Of a stretch of DNA of 55,006 bases, positions 1-9,249 are shown piece by piece. The notes beneath the pieces were generated by a model. It saw only the letters and a program-made list of their open reading frames with translations, did no database searches and was not told the origin of the DNA. The DNA comes from Candidatus Gottesmanbacteria bacterium. GTDB lineage: Bacteria; Patescibacteriota; Microgenomatia; UBA10105; UBA927. Made by a program: the position numbers and the translations under genes. Where the stretch lies: positions 1-55,006 of the forward strand of contig JAHFKN010000003.1 in assembly GCA_023245355.1 (NCBI GenBank), given 5' to 3'. Numbering within the stretch: the stretch's first letter is position 1; every line of letters starts with the position of its first letter.

Positions 1-1
1 G

Positions 2-547
2 GGACTTGCAACGATATCTATTGGGGAAGTACTCCGTGAAGTAAAAGCCGTAGGGCAGGATCATCGGTTTTGGCCTCTTTTTAAGGATGCAATTACCATT
101 GCCGACGCCGGAGGCATTGTTCCTGACGAGCCGATATTCCGGTGTTTTACCCGGCTGGTTACCGAGCATCTGGACGCAGGTAAGGAAACGGTGATTTGGA
201 TCGGAGGACCCCGAAGTGATCAGCAGCTGGATTGGCTGGATAGGTGGACGCGTGCGTGCGGATACGAAGAAAAATTTATGTATGTTGACGTTCCCGATGA
301 CATTGTATTTGAGCGGGTAGAGCAGAGGAAGTCACATAAGCGAACTGACGATCAGGCTGTAGAATATCGGCTTGCGGAATTTGAGCGGGTGACAAAACCT
401 GTTATTGATAGGCTTCGGGAACAGGGAAGACTTCATGAGATGAGCGGTACGGGCGGGAAAGAACATGTCGGCACGAAGGCGGTGGAATTACTTTTCCCCG
501 GTGTCAGGGAGCCGGAAATACGGCTTCCTTCCAGGGCGCGAAGATAA
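2..547 (+). CDS. Adenylate-kinase-like nucleoside monophosphate kinase (5'-truncated by window edge)
   Basis: Frame is open from base 2 (GLATISIGEVLREV...IVPDEP...IGGPRSDQQL...RTDD...RLAEF). These are NMP-kinase motifs and align with 2313..2945. The P-loop lies outside the window. Confidence 0.8.
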   Translation, partial: GLATISIGEVLREVKAVGQDHRFWPLFKDAITIADAGGIVPDEPIFRCFTRLVTEHLDAGKETVIWIGGPRSDQQLDWLDRWTRACGYEEKFMYVDVPDDIVFERVEQRKSHKRTDDQAVEYRLAEFERVTKPVIDRLREQGRLHEMSGTGGKEHVGTKAVELLFPGVREPEIRLPSRARR

Positions 548-549
548 TT

Positions 550-774
550 TTATGCCTGTTCCGGAGTTCTTGTGCGGCGATGTCCGTTTCTTCGTTTCTC
601 AGCGGCTGACCTGTGGGTTTCTGCGAGCGCACGAAAATGCATTGCTTCCCGGGTATCCAGTTCTTCCGAAGCGGCGTCTCCTTTGCAGGATGCAAATCTG
701 GCAAACGCCTCGGCGAGCCCCGCGCGGGATTCTGCGAGTTCTGCAAGCATAAGCTGGAGTTTTCGTCCGTTCAC
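550..774 (-). CDS. Small hypothetical protein
   Basis: 74-aa helical-looking ORF converging on the kinase stop codon; no recognisable motif. Confidence 0.4.
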   Translation of the reverse strand: MNGRKLQLMLAELAESRAGLAEAFARFASCKGDAASEELDTREAMHFRALAETHRSAAEKRRNGHRRTRTPEQA

Positions 775-1014
775 AGATTTAATTTTGGATTGTCCTGATG
801 CTATTAATTATATCTTATCTGTGAAGTCCAGTCATAAGAACTGGGCTGCACGGAAAAAACGGGAGCAGAGGCACAAAGTGCAATAAAATGATGCGATACG
901 CATCAGTTTTATATAAATACTCCCCCAAGGATAACAAAGATGTTCCCACACCAAAACGGTGAGGGAAAAAAGGGATGGCGACGTAATGTCGCCATCCGTA
1001 TTTCGCGTACGTTG

Positions 1015-1722
1015 TTACGGCAGAATGATGACCAGTTTTCCCTGGTTATACAGCTCAGCCCAGCGGGCGAGTTTTTTCCAGGAGGCGATGTCATCCATAC
1101 TGTTTGCCGGTTCAGGCAGGTTGTTCGACCAGGTGCCATGACCGCCATTACTGACACAGACATTGGTTGCCCGTATCCTGTTGCGTCCGCCAGTCGGACC
1201 GTCTTTCCAATCCCAGTTGAGCATATCGTGGAGTTGTTGGGCGGTGATGGTTTCTGTCGGAGGATCGAGTACAACGCCCTGCATGGAAGAGCAGTCTGCT
1301 CCCGTGGGCTTTGTATCCGTTTCCGTAACAGTTATGACATACGGCGCGGTCAACGTCAGTGTCGAGGTGTCGGCCTCCAAAAGGACCGCATCGGATGAGC
1401 CGGTAACAGCCTGACCGACGACCCCGTTTCCCGCACCGTTGACGACCTGTCCGCCGTTGTTGATGATGACGAGACTGGTTGTGTCAACCTGTTGACCGGT
1501 AACGCCGTTGGCAACTGCTTTATCCGGCAACGTCTGCCCGCCATTGTTCACGACTGCACTGTCCGAGTCCGTGTCAATTTGCTGTCCCGGCGCTTCGGTG
1601 GGGCAGTTGGCGTTTTTGGTCGGATCGCATTTTGCGTGCGCGATACCATAGGAGGCGGCGGCGAAGACAATAATCGTCAAGACCGTCAGCAACCTGCGTA
1701 ACCACATAGTGTAATTGTTCAT
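1015..1722 (-). CDS. Secreted hypothetical protein with short internal repeat
   Basis: GGAGG RBS before ATG; signal peptide ending ...GIAHA; repeat GQQxDT...NNGGQ twice; several Cys. Confidence 0.75.
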   Translation of the reverse strand: MNNYTMWLRRLLTVLTIIVFAAASYGIAHAKCDPTKNANCPTEAPGQQIDTDSDSAVVNNGGQTLPDKAVANGVTGQQVDTTSLVIINNGGQVVNGAGNGVVGQAVTGSSDAVLLEADTSTLTLTAPYVITVTETDTKPTGADCSSMQGVVLDPPTETITAQQLHDMLNWDWKDGPTGGRNRIRATNVCVSNGGHGTWSNNLPEPANSMDDIASWKKLARWAELYNQGKLVIILP

Positions 1723-2312
1723 GGGTTTCCTCCGTTTCCTTATAAAAGGTAAAACGGTTTGTACGAAGCGGTGCTAAAGCTAGCATCAGATCGCAATGTG
1801 ACTTATTACTAAGCCCTTACATGTGTCCTAATCGGCTGTGATCACAGGTGTTGGCCAACCGATTAGCCCGAAAAACCAAGTCGCAGTGCCTGGTCGCAGT
1901 GTCTGTCTTACCCGTACGGGCGGAATGAATTCCTCCCGGGGCAGCGGCAGATCGTTATTTGGTTGTCGAATCACCACCTCCTTTGTGTGATGGATGTCAG
2001 GATGATGAACTATATCTTTTATAAAAAAAGATAATCAGTTTGGATTGTTAAAATAAATTTCCCCGGTGTATAGGGAGGAATGTTCCTCCATATGCATCGG
2101 GGAAACGTATTACAATCACGCGTCACACGATACAGGTGTTTTTGTATTGTTATCCTTGCTGTTAATGAGCAACAATTCTGAATAATCAATCGGAGCATCG
2201 CATATTGATGCAGGATCAAGGTGCAGAATTCAGGCCGTATGCCCGAAAGGGGATTATAACAGACAAAATAGCCTGTTGCCAAGATACGTACTATAGGGTA
2301 TACTTATTCCCT

Positions 2313-2945
2313 GTGAAGCCGACTCTTCTTGCGATCATAGGCAAACCTCTCGCCGGCAAAGATACTCAAGCCGATTTACTTGTCGCAGCACATCCTGAGG
2401 CTGTCAAAATTTCAACAGGCCATATCATGCGTGCCGTGCGTGAAGAGGGGGAAACCCACCGGTTCTGGCCGCTGATCGGGCCGTATATCCCGATGATGGA
2501 GCAGGGTCTGAAATTGCCGGATGAGCCTACGATTGCCATGCTTAGTGAGGTCATACGGGAACAATTTTCAGAAGGGAAACAGCTGCTTGTTATCGCGGGG
2601 TCTCCACGCGGTTTGGATCAGCTCGACGGATTCGAAAAAATAGCACAGGAAACCGGCGCAAATTTAGTGCTGGTACACATGGATGCGACGGATGAAGAAA
2701 CGTACAAAAGAAGTGCCTCCAGAAACGAGGGCAGAGTAGATGATACGCCTGAAGTCCATGCGGTGCGCCTCAAGGAGTATGAAGACTTTGTAGGTCCGAT
2801 GGCAGATAAGCTTGCCCGCGAAAACAGGCTTATCTGGGTAAACGGCATGCAGCCGGTTGAGGGGGTATTCCGTCAGATGGAACAGCAATTGCGTCAGCAT
2901 ACGCTTGATCCGGAAATTACCCTGCCTGCCATGGCCCGGCGGTAA
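2313..2945 (+). CDS. adk: Adenylate kinase (short-LID type)
   Basis: P-loop GKPLAGKDTQA, ISTG, LPDE, GSPR, GRVDD, RLKEY. The GTG start at 2313 lies 8 nt after TATACT. Confidence 0.85.
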   Translation: MKPTLLAIIGKPLAGKDTQADLLVAAHPEAVKISTGHIMRAVREEGETHRFWPLIGPYIPMMEQGLKLPDEPTIAMLSEVIREQFSEGKQLLVIAGSPRGLDQLDGFEKIAQETGANLVLVHMDATDEETYKRSASRNEGRVDDTPEVHAVRLKEYEDFVGPMADKLARENRLIWVNGMQPVEGVFRQMEQQLRQHTLDPEITLPAMARR

Positions 2946-3003
2946 CCATAGATTGACAACTCCGCAGAGTTTCTTTTATGCTGATATATGCGGGGGGTCT
3001 TAT

Positions 3004-3480
3004 ATGCAGATGATCCAATCATCTTTGGAGCGGTCCAGTAAAAAGTCCTGGATAGTATTTTTCATCGCGTTAGCTTCTATCGGTCTCATGTTGTATGTTA
3101 TTTCCGTCAATACGGATTTCCGTAGCTATGCAAGCGACGGCCCTGGTGATGTGCAGGCGCAGTTTCAGGAGTGGCTCGCGCAGCGGAGAAATCCCGAAGT
3201 GTATGCCTGGTGTCAGAGTAAATGCGGGAATATGGGAGAAAAAAGAATGCAAAAAGCCTGCATGGGAGTGTGCATAAAAGTAAATGAAGGAAGGCGTTGT
3301 GAAGGGCAGTGTAGTAGATTTGGAAACCCAAATAGTCAGCGACAATGCGCTGCTATCTGTCCGTCTCTTATTAATCCGGATTTTGTCACTCCGACAGCTA
3401 CGCCGTCCGGTACGGATGACCGCGGCGGCCGCAGAGAGCGGTTACAGCAGTACATGCAGCAAAATCAGCAGGGACAATGA
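3004..3480 (+). CDS. Membrane-anchored Cys-rich (4x CxxxC) protein
   Basis: N-terminal TM then TDFRSYAS, four CxxxC motifs, TPTATP linker. Upstream promoter TTGACA(2953)-18-TATGCT. Confidence 0.75.
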   Translation: MQMIQSSLERSSKKSWIVFFIALASIGLMLYVISVNTDFRSYASDGPGDVQAQFQEWLAQRRNPEVYAWCQSKCGNMGEKRMQKACMGVCIKVNEGRRCEGQCSRFGNPNSQRQCAAICPSLINPDFVTPTATPSGTDDRGGRRERLQQYMQQNQQGQ

Positions 3481-3489
3481 GAAGCAGTG

Positions 3490-3750
3490 TTATCTGTGTG
3501 CCCGGGGTTTGGGAATCATGTGGTGATACAGCGTTCTCCGTTCTTTCCGCACGGGAAATCCATGACGTTCTGCTTCGTCGGCCGTGGCCATCCGGAGCCC
3601 GTATTTTTCAAAATATGCTGCTAGTGCCGGTCGGATACTTTCACGATCCAGCAGAGGTTCGACGACGTCACTGATATCGGCAATATGGAATCGCCCGTCG
3701 CGGGCAACAACAATGATTTGATTCCCTAACACGACTTCGCGGGTCATCAT
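3490..3750 (-). CDS. Small hypothetical protein
   Basis: 86-aa ORF with TGnTATCAT just upstream of the start. Confidence 0.55.
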   Translation of the reverse strand: MMTREVVLGNQIIVVARDGRFHIADISDVVEPLLDRESIRPALAAYFEKYGLRMATADEAERHGFPVRKERRTLYHHMIPKPRAHR

Positions 3751-3772
3751 TATTCATGATAGCACTGTCGTA

Positions 3773-4105
3773 TTACCTCTGTTTTGAAAACCGAGCATAT
3801 TTATTGTGATGGGCACGGCGTTGACGGTTGGGATTTAATAGTGATCGCAGATCTGTCGCGCTGGTTCCGTCTGACCTGCGAGCATGTACTATTTGTTGAA
3901 ACGCGTCTGCGTCGAGGGAAGCGGCTTTGGTGGCAAATCCCTCCTGGTATGTGGTCACGCCCATGGCCCCCATTTGTGCGGCGATAAATCGTGATACGCG
4001 CATGCGGTAGCCTTCGTTTGATTCGGTGAAGTGTTTACTCGGCACTTCCAGTTCTATGGTCCGTTCCCGTTCACCGATGGTTGCGATGACCCGTTGTTTC
4101 GGCAT
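3773..4105 (-). CDS. Hypothetical protein
   Basis: 110-aa ORF, non-overlapping, in tandem with 3490..3750. Confidence 0.55.
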   Translation of the reverse strand: MPKQRVIATIGERERTIELEVPSKHFTESNEGYRMRVSRFIAAQMGAMGVTTYQEGFATKAASLDADAFQQIVHARRSDGTSATDLRSLLNPNRQRRAHHNKYARFSKQR

Positions 4106-4238
4106 CGTAAATTATGGATACGGTACACGGGCGTGTATGCGTATTTCAATAGATGTTTTTTCTTCACGGGTGATGCTATACTATATTTCCCCTTAGAAAA
4201 CGTTTTTATGGGGCAATTTTGTATAAGGAGGACCCAAA

Positions 4239-4655
4239 ATGAATGAACAAACCGTTGTGTTGATAAAGCCGGACGGCATGGAAAAACATGTTGTCGGTGA
4301 GATTATTACCCGTTTTGAAAAGGCAGGAATGAAACTAGCCGCCCTCAAACTCGTGCAGCTTACCCAGCCTATTCTCGATACCTGGTATGCGCATCACAAG
4401 GACAAGCCGTTTTTTCCTGAATTGTCCAAACAGATGATGTCGACTCCTGTCGTCGCTATGGTTCTGGAAGGAGATGGAGTGATACAGAAAGTATTTGATA
4501 TATGTGGTCCCACGGATCCCGCAGAAGCAGCGCCCGGTACAATCCGGCGGGATTTCGGCGTAGATAAGCCGCATAACGTGGTGCATAGATCCGACTCTGC
4601 CGAAGCGGCAGCCAAGGAAATCGGCCTTCTGTTCGGACCCAAAGACGTCATTTAA
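4239..4655 (+). CDS. ndk: Nucleoside diphosphate kinase
   Basis: LIKPDG, HKDKPFF, GPTDP, PGTIRRDFG, NVVHRSDS (catalytic His); AAGGAGG RBS. Confidence 0.97.
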   Translation: MNEQTVVLIKPDGMEKHVVGEIITRFEKAGMKLAALKLVQLTQPILDTWYAHHKDKPFFPELSKQMMSTPVVAMVLEGDGVIQKVFDICGPTDPAEAAPGTIRRDFGVDKPHNVVHRSDSAEAAAKEIGLLFGPKDVI

Positions 4656-4704
4656 GTTACCGCAGAGTGAAAGTTTTCCGTTCGTGCGGTATAATACATA
4701 TCCT

Positions 4705-4950
4705 ATGGCAGGACTTGGATTTCTCAAAGAAGCGGGATTACGGCTTATAGGCCGTATGCCGGCAGCACAAACAGAAGAAAGCCTGTTTACACAGGTTCCC
4801 GATAGTCTGAAAACAAACGGCGGCGTTCCTCCCATGAAACCGGAAGCCCGTCCGAGCCGGTTATCAGCCAGGGCGCTCCGCCGTGAGTTGGATAAGGCAG
4901 CCGAACAGTCGCTGACCTCCCGGCATGTTTTCCGTTCGGGACAGCAATAA
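4705..4950 (+). CDS. Small hypothetical protein
   Basis: ATG 9 nt after TATAAT; no motif. Confidence 0.5.
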   Translation: MAGLGFLKEAGLRLIGRMPAAQTEESLFTQVPDSLKTNGGVPPMKPEARPSRLSARALRRELDKAAEQSLTSRHVFRSGQQ

Positions 4951-5049
4951 CAAGTGTTTCTCCCCGTAGTATTTTTACCGCCTCAAGTTGCAGATTTTCG
5001 CGTTTTGACGCTATTTTTAGTATAATTACCGCTTCGTGTATTCATTCCT

Positions 5050-5361
5050 ATGACAGAAACCAGAGAGTTTGTGTTGCAGCCGACATCACGGCGCGGCAGG
5101 GCACTATCCGTTCGGTATGAGCGGCGGGGGACATTGGCAGACTTAACTGTCATGGCCGATGGTGATAGTCTGTTTTCCGGCCGCGTATTGGCTCCGTTTG
5201 CCACGATACTGCAAACCGTAGCAGAGATGGAAGAGTCGGCTCATCAGGCAAAAGAAACGAATGAAATGATGAAATACTACGGATGTATGTATATAGCCCG
5301 TCACGGGCGCACTCAGATTGCAAAGCGCCTCGAAATTCCTGAATTGGCAGAATATGATTAA
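5050..5361 (+). CDS. Hypothetical protein
   Basis: 103-aa ORF with a TATAAT upstream. Confidence 0.55.
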   Translation: MTETREFVLQPTSRRGRALSVRYERRGTLADLTVMADGDSLFSGRVLAPFATILQTVAEMEESAHQAKETNEMMKYYGCMYIARHGRTQIAKRLEIPELAEYD

Positions 5362-5400
5362 CGGAGCTTTTCGTCTGTTAGTGCGGCGTGATGTTATCGA

Positions 5401-5748
5401 ATGCTTCCTGTTGCAATAGGCCAGAATACGGGTTATGATCCGGAAATGATTTCCGTAGCAGAAACACTCGCCCCAAAGAAACGCAGAATATTTTCCGGGT
5501 TCCGTGCAGAAGTTTCCGTGACAAAGCTGTTTGAGCCGGTCGGAAAAACGCTGGTTGTGACCGCGCCTGAGGCTTCCATAATCGCTTCATTGCTTCCGCA
5601 GATACAACTGCGGGAAGAATTAGCCGAGACATTGTGGAGAGAACAGGATGAACATCAGGCGATGCGCCTTATCGACCGCATTACCGCCATAGAAGATGCG
5701 TGGGGAAAGCAAGGAGTCGGCGTCCGGCGGAAGATATTGTGGTTTTAG
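5401..5748 (+). CDS. Hypothetical protein
   Basis: 115-aa ORF filling the gap; start uncertain. Confidence 0.5.
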   Translation: MLPVAIGQNTGYDPEMISVAETLAPKKRRIFSGFRAEVSVTKLFEPVGKTLVVTAPEASIIASLLPQIQLREELAETLWREQDEHQAMRLIDRITAIEDAWGKQGVGVRRKILWF

Positions 5749-6611
5749 TGAAATGCTTCAGTCACGATCCTCACGGTTTCTACGAGTCCGTATACGCCCA
5801 GACCGATAAATGCGAGTGCCCCGAAAAAGGAAACGACTTCATTTTTGACTACGGTAATTGTTTTTTTCGGAGAGAGGAACAGCGCAACATTGAGTAACGT
5901 GTGTGACGCGATGACGCCGATGGCAAATCCGTAGACATTAACGACAGAAAAGAGCGGCACGTAGCCTGCAAAATCATCGAGTCCCAAGATAAACGGAACT
6001 GTTGCGGAAAATGTTAACAGAGGCCGCCAAGACAAGCTGGATTTGCCTTTCATGGCACTTCCCAAATCCGGCATTACCCGGCTGAGTACCGGGTCGATAA
6101 TCTTTTTCACCCGGTCAAGCAACCCGTGCATCAGGAAAAATAACAGTTTCCGTATCCCTCCCTGGCCCTGCCAGTTTGCAAAGTGCTCCAGGCTGCTGTG
6201 TGCGAGCTCAAAGAGGACAAGAGAGGCGATGAAGACCATGAGGGCTAACAGTAAATCGACGTGCTTTAAGGTCACCCAGAGCCCGATAATGGCAATCGTG
6301 CCGAGGGCGTTTCCTGCCGCAGTGCCGATTTCTATGGCGACCCTATTCCTCCAGCCCGGGTTTGCTGCCATCATCCTCCCTATAAAAATAGCAAAATCGA
6401 TACTTGTTTTAAGATATATGGTCGCCCCCACAAGCACGTCTACCCAGCGGATTTCCAGGTGAATTTTTTCTGAAGCAGGTATGAGATTAAAAAGAATAAT
6501 TGCCGCGTGAAGGAGAGCCAAAAATCCTGTCATGACAACCCCGGTCAACGCGATAGGGACGAGTTGGGACAGGACGGGCGAACGGTCAATTTTTTCTCCG
6601 ATTGATTCCAT
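5745..6611 (-). CDS. CadD-like (LysE superfamily) membrane transporter
   Basis: Many TM segments; KTSIDFAIF and GLDDFAGYVPLF resemble the two CadD repeat motifs (TxIDD / GxDNxGxYxPLF). Confidence 0.6.
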   Translation of the reverse strand: MESIGEKIDRSPVLSQLVPIALTGVVMTGFLALLHAAIILFNLIPASEKIHLEIRWVDVLVGATIYLKTSIDFAIFIGRMMAANPGWRNRVAIEIGTAAGNALGTIAIIGLWVTLKHVDLLLALMVFIASLVLFELAHSSLEHFANWQGQGGIRKLLFFLMHGLLDRVKKIIDPVLSRVMPDLGSAMKGKSSLSWRPLLTFSATVPFILGLDDFAGYVPLFSVVNVYGFAIGVIASHTLLNVALFLSPKKTITVVKNEVVSFFGALAFIGLGVYGLVETVRIVTEAFH

Positions 6612-6716
6612 GAATATGTATTGTAACAAATTCGTGATGTGTGAAAGAGTGAAGATGCGGGATATTATGAGGGGATAAGGCTGTAAATACGTGACAGACC
6701 TAAGAGTTGCCCGCCG

Positions 6717-7382
6717 TTATTTTACGACCGGAGGATCGATAATTTTTGTGGACCGGAGAATGGGTAAAAGCACTTCAAACGGGAGGCCGATGACATTGGT
6801 GTATGATCCGTCGACTTTGGTTACCAGATCCCACGGGGTTTCGTTCAGCGCATAGCCGGCTGCAAACCGGGTGAAATCATAGCGGTTGACGTAGCTTTCG
6901 AGTTCCAAACCGGTAAGTTTCCGAAGTGTTACTTTTGTGGTGACTGTTTTGGTCCAGGTTTTTTTGACCTTGCCTTTGTCCAGGTACACGACATGCATAA
7001 CGGTCGTAAATACGTGGGTTTTTCCCATGAGCTCTTTGAGCATGCGGGTTGCGTCCGGGCGGTCGAGCGCTTTGCCGTACATTTTTTTGCCGACGATTGC
7101 CATACTGTCTGCCGCAATGACGATCACTTCGCGGTCTTCAGGAATCATGTAAACGCGGGGATTGTTGACTACTTCGTTGGCTTTGGCGACTGCGCGTTTT
7201 TGTATGGTTTTGAGCGGATTAGGATCGGTAATTTTATCTTCATCAAGCCGGGTTACTGCGACACGGAACCGGATACCGAGTTTTTCCAGCAATGTCCGTC
7301 GTCCGATAGACTGGGAAGCGAGAACGACATCGGGGGCAAGAACGAGATCTTCCTGATTTTTTGAGGAAAACGATAATTTCAT
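6717..7382 (-). CDS. maf: Maf-family nucleotide pyrophosphatase
   Basis: VLASQSIGRRTLL, IAADS, GKA, AAGY, YTNVIGLP. Confidence 0.92.
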   Translation of the reverse strand: MKLSFSSKNQEDLVLAPDVVLASQSIGRRTLLEKLGIRFRVAVTRLDEDKITDPNPLKTIQKRAVAKANEVVNNPRVYMIPEDREVIVIAADSMAIVGKKMYGKALDRPDATRMLKELMGKTHVFTTVMHVVYLDKGKVKKTWTKTVTTKVTLRKLTGLELESYVNRYDFTRFAAGYALNETPWDLVTKVDGSYTNVIGLPFEVLLPILRSTKIIDPPVVK

Positions 7383-7428
7383 TACTTCGTATTATACCGT
7401 ACTTTTATAAAATACGCCAGGGACGGGA

Positions 7429-7722
7429 ATGGGGACACGCTTGATCAGTCAGATGTTCTGCTGGTATGATGCGCGGTTGGATATGGCCAGAACACCCCGA
7501 AGCCGTCAGGATGCCGAAAGGATTGCCGCATGGCATGCGCGGCGGGTATTGCGGCACAATGAAGCAAGCGAGCACCCCATGGAATTTTGGGACTTTATGG
7601 AGCGTGTCGGATTTCCGGCTCGCATGCGTGTGAATGAGTTGGAGGGGCAGTTTCCCGGAATCGCCAGGCTGTTTGACCAGATAATCCATCCGGAATTTTA
7701 CAAGAAGAATAAGGAGCAATAA
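7429..7722 (+). CDS. Hypothetical protein
   Basis: 97-aa ORF divergent from maf. Confidence 0.5.
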   Translation: MGTRLISQMFCWYDARLDMARTPRSRQDAERIAAWHARRVLRHNEASEHPMEFWDFMERVGFPARMRVNELEGQFPGIARLFDQIIHPEFYKKNKEQ

Positions 7723-7723
7723 T

Positions 7724-7954
7724 TTATTCCCCGTCGTCAAAATCGCCGTTGCTTACCGCATCCACGATAAACACCGTGCGCAGTATCTCTTCTTTGGAAG
7801 GCGAACTTTTGGGTTGTCTGCGGCGTCTGCTGAGATGGAATTCAGATGCTTCGAGGCGCAAATGTGCAAATTGGGTAAGCGAACGGGTCGCGCGTCCTTT
7901 AAACGGGATAATGAGCACGACTTCCTCTTTTGTTTCGTTTTCTGTGGTAATCAC
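7724..7954 (-). CDS. Small hypothetical protein
   Basis: GTG start 6 nt after TATAAT, downstream of tRNA-Pro. The longer track ORF runs through the tRNA and is not credible. Confidence 0.45.
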   Translation of the reverse strand: MITTENETKEEVVLIIPFKGRATRSLTQFAHLRLEASEFHLSRRRRQPKSSPSKEEILRTVFIVDAVSNGDFDDGE

Positions 7955-7985
7955 TCCTGTATTATATCTCACATGTAAAGATAAG

Positions 7986-8058
7986 TCGGGGTAGTGAGAC
8001 TCGAACTCACGACCTCTTCGTCCCGAACGAAGCGCACTACCAACTGTGCCATACCCCG
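7986..8058 (-). tRNA. tRNA-Pro(CGG)
   Basis: Cloverleaf: acceptor CGGGGTA/TACCCCG, D arm GCAC/GTGC, anticodon CTTCG-TTCGGGA-CGAAG, T loop TTCGAGT; CCA not encoded. Confidence 0.96.
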
Positions 8059-8111
8059 CAAGATGATGGTATTGTAGCATAATTTTGCGGTAGAATAGGG
8101 AAAGTCTTTTT

Positions 8112-8183
8112 GCCTCCATAGCTCAATGGATAGAGCAGGCCCGTCCTAAGGGCAAGATGAGGGTTCGATTCCTTCTGGGGGCA
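8112..8183 (+). tRNA. tRNA-Arg(CCT)
   Basis: Acceptor GCCTCCA/TGGGGGC, D arm GCTC/GAGC, anticodon loop GTCCTAA, T loop TTCGATT; CCA not encoded. Confidence 0.93.
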
Positions 8184-8207
8184 CAAGCGTAATTATGGGA
8201 GAGTGCG

Positions 8208-8495
8208 TTACATCGACACTTTGCGGAGTATATCTCCTAAGAATTTCCGGGTGACATTGATCGGTTCCTCATTGGTAACGTTTCTGCCAACGTAAATGAC
8301 GAATTCTTCGTAATTCGCACCACACCCCAGTGCTGAGCGGTGATCCTGTTCGCGCCGGACCGGAGAATAATCTCCCATAAATCCACGGGTGCAGATGTCT
8401 ACAACGCGTTCTACGTGTTGTGGGCTGGCTTCCGGAAAATACGTCGCCATATGTCGTATGGCTAAGCGTTTGCGCTCCCGTTCACGGATTGGCAT
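8208..8495 (-). CDS. Hypothetical protein
   Basis: ORF starting MPIRERERKR, ATG 5 nt after TACAAT. Confidence 0.5.
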   Translation of the reverse strand: MPIRERERKRLAIRHMATYFPEASPQHVERVVDICTRGFMGDYSPVRREQDHRSALGCGANYEEFVIYVGRNVTNEEPINVTRKFLGDILRKVSM

Positions 8496-8508
8496 AGGAA
8501 ATTGTATG

Positions 8509-8886
8509 TTATGAAAGCGCTCTATCGGAATGTGTACGTGCATGCATCATGGTCTGAAATACCGAAATGGCGTACCAAAATAGTTTTGCTTTTTGAAAGG
8601 TGCGGTCCGCTTCTTCATGAAATGTGCGGGGGACACCGAGTACATCGTTGTGTGCTCTTTGACGCCAGCTAATTTGGATTGCGACGTGGCCGGAAGGAAC
8701 AATAGGATTGGTTTCAAACCCGAGTGCACACGGCCGTTGCCCTGCATATGCTAATTGGCGTATGGTAAGCGCATTCCATTGGCGTTTGCGGGCCGTATGT
8801 TCCATTGCAGCGGCCCGGGCGATGGGTACGTGGACGATTCCCGTTTCGCCGGATATGAGAGATCGGTCCGTTTCCTGGGTTATCAT
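8509..8886 (-). CDS. Hypothetical protein
   Basis: 125-aa ORF tightly packed between neighbours on the same strand. Confidence 0.45.
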   Translation of the reverse strand: MITQETDRSLISGETGIVHVPIARAAAMEHTARKRQWNALTIRQLAYAGQRPCALGFETNPIVPSGHVAIQISWRQRAHNDVLGVPRTFHEEADRTFQKAKLFWYAISVFQTMMHARTHSDRALS

Positions 8887-8891
8887 AGGGA

Positions 8892-9185
8892 TTACTGGAT
8901 TTTTCCTTTGCCACCGCGGAAGTTCGTGTGTTTAAAAATGCGTTCGTAGGCTGATTCATCCAATCCGGATAAACTGACCGATGTTCCTTGTTTTCTGCGC
9001 GGACGGACGAGTCCTTCCTGTTGCCCGGTAAAACCGTTAACGATTGGAAGATCCTCTCCGAGTGCGTCTGCGGCTTCCTGTGCATGTTTTGCAGCGGTTT
9101 CAAGTGACTCCTCATGTGACATGCCAAACGTAAATGTCGCTCCGACCGGGCCTGCGTGCTCTTTTCTTCTGCGTGGATGTTTCAT
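8892..9185 (-). CDS. Hypothetical protein
   Basis: 97-aa ORF on the same strand, 5 nt from the next ORF. Confidence 0.5.
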   Translation of the reverse strand: MKHPRRRKEHAGPVGATFTFGMSHEESLETAAKHAQEAADALGEDLPIVNGFTGQQEGLVRPRRKQGTSVSLSGLDESAYERIFKHTNFRGGKGKIQ

Positions 9186-9249
9186 AATCGGTGTTTATAC
9201 CACGTTTTGGGCTTCTGGACAATACAGAACCCTTTAGGGGAAGGTGTGA

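Noticed and set aside
7955-8119. 5' extension of the 7724..8119 ORF
   Set aside because: It runs through tRNA-Pro.
8184-9185. tRNA-integrated island
   Set aside because: No integrase and no duplicated tRNA 3' end (att) was seen.
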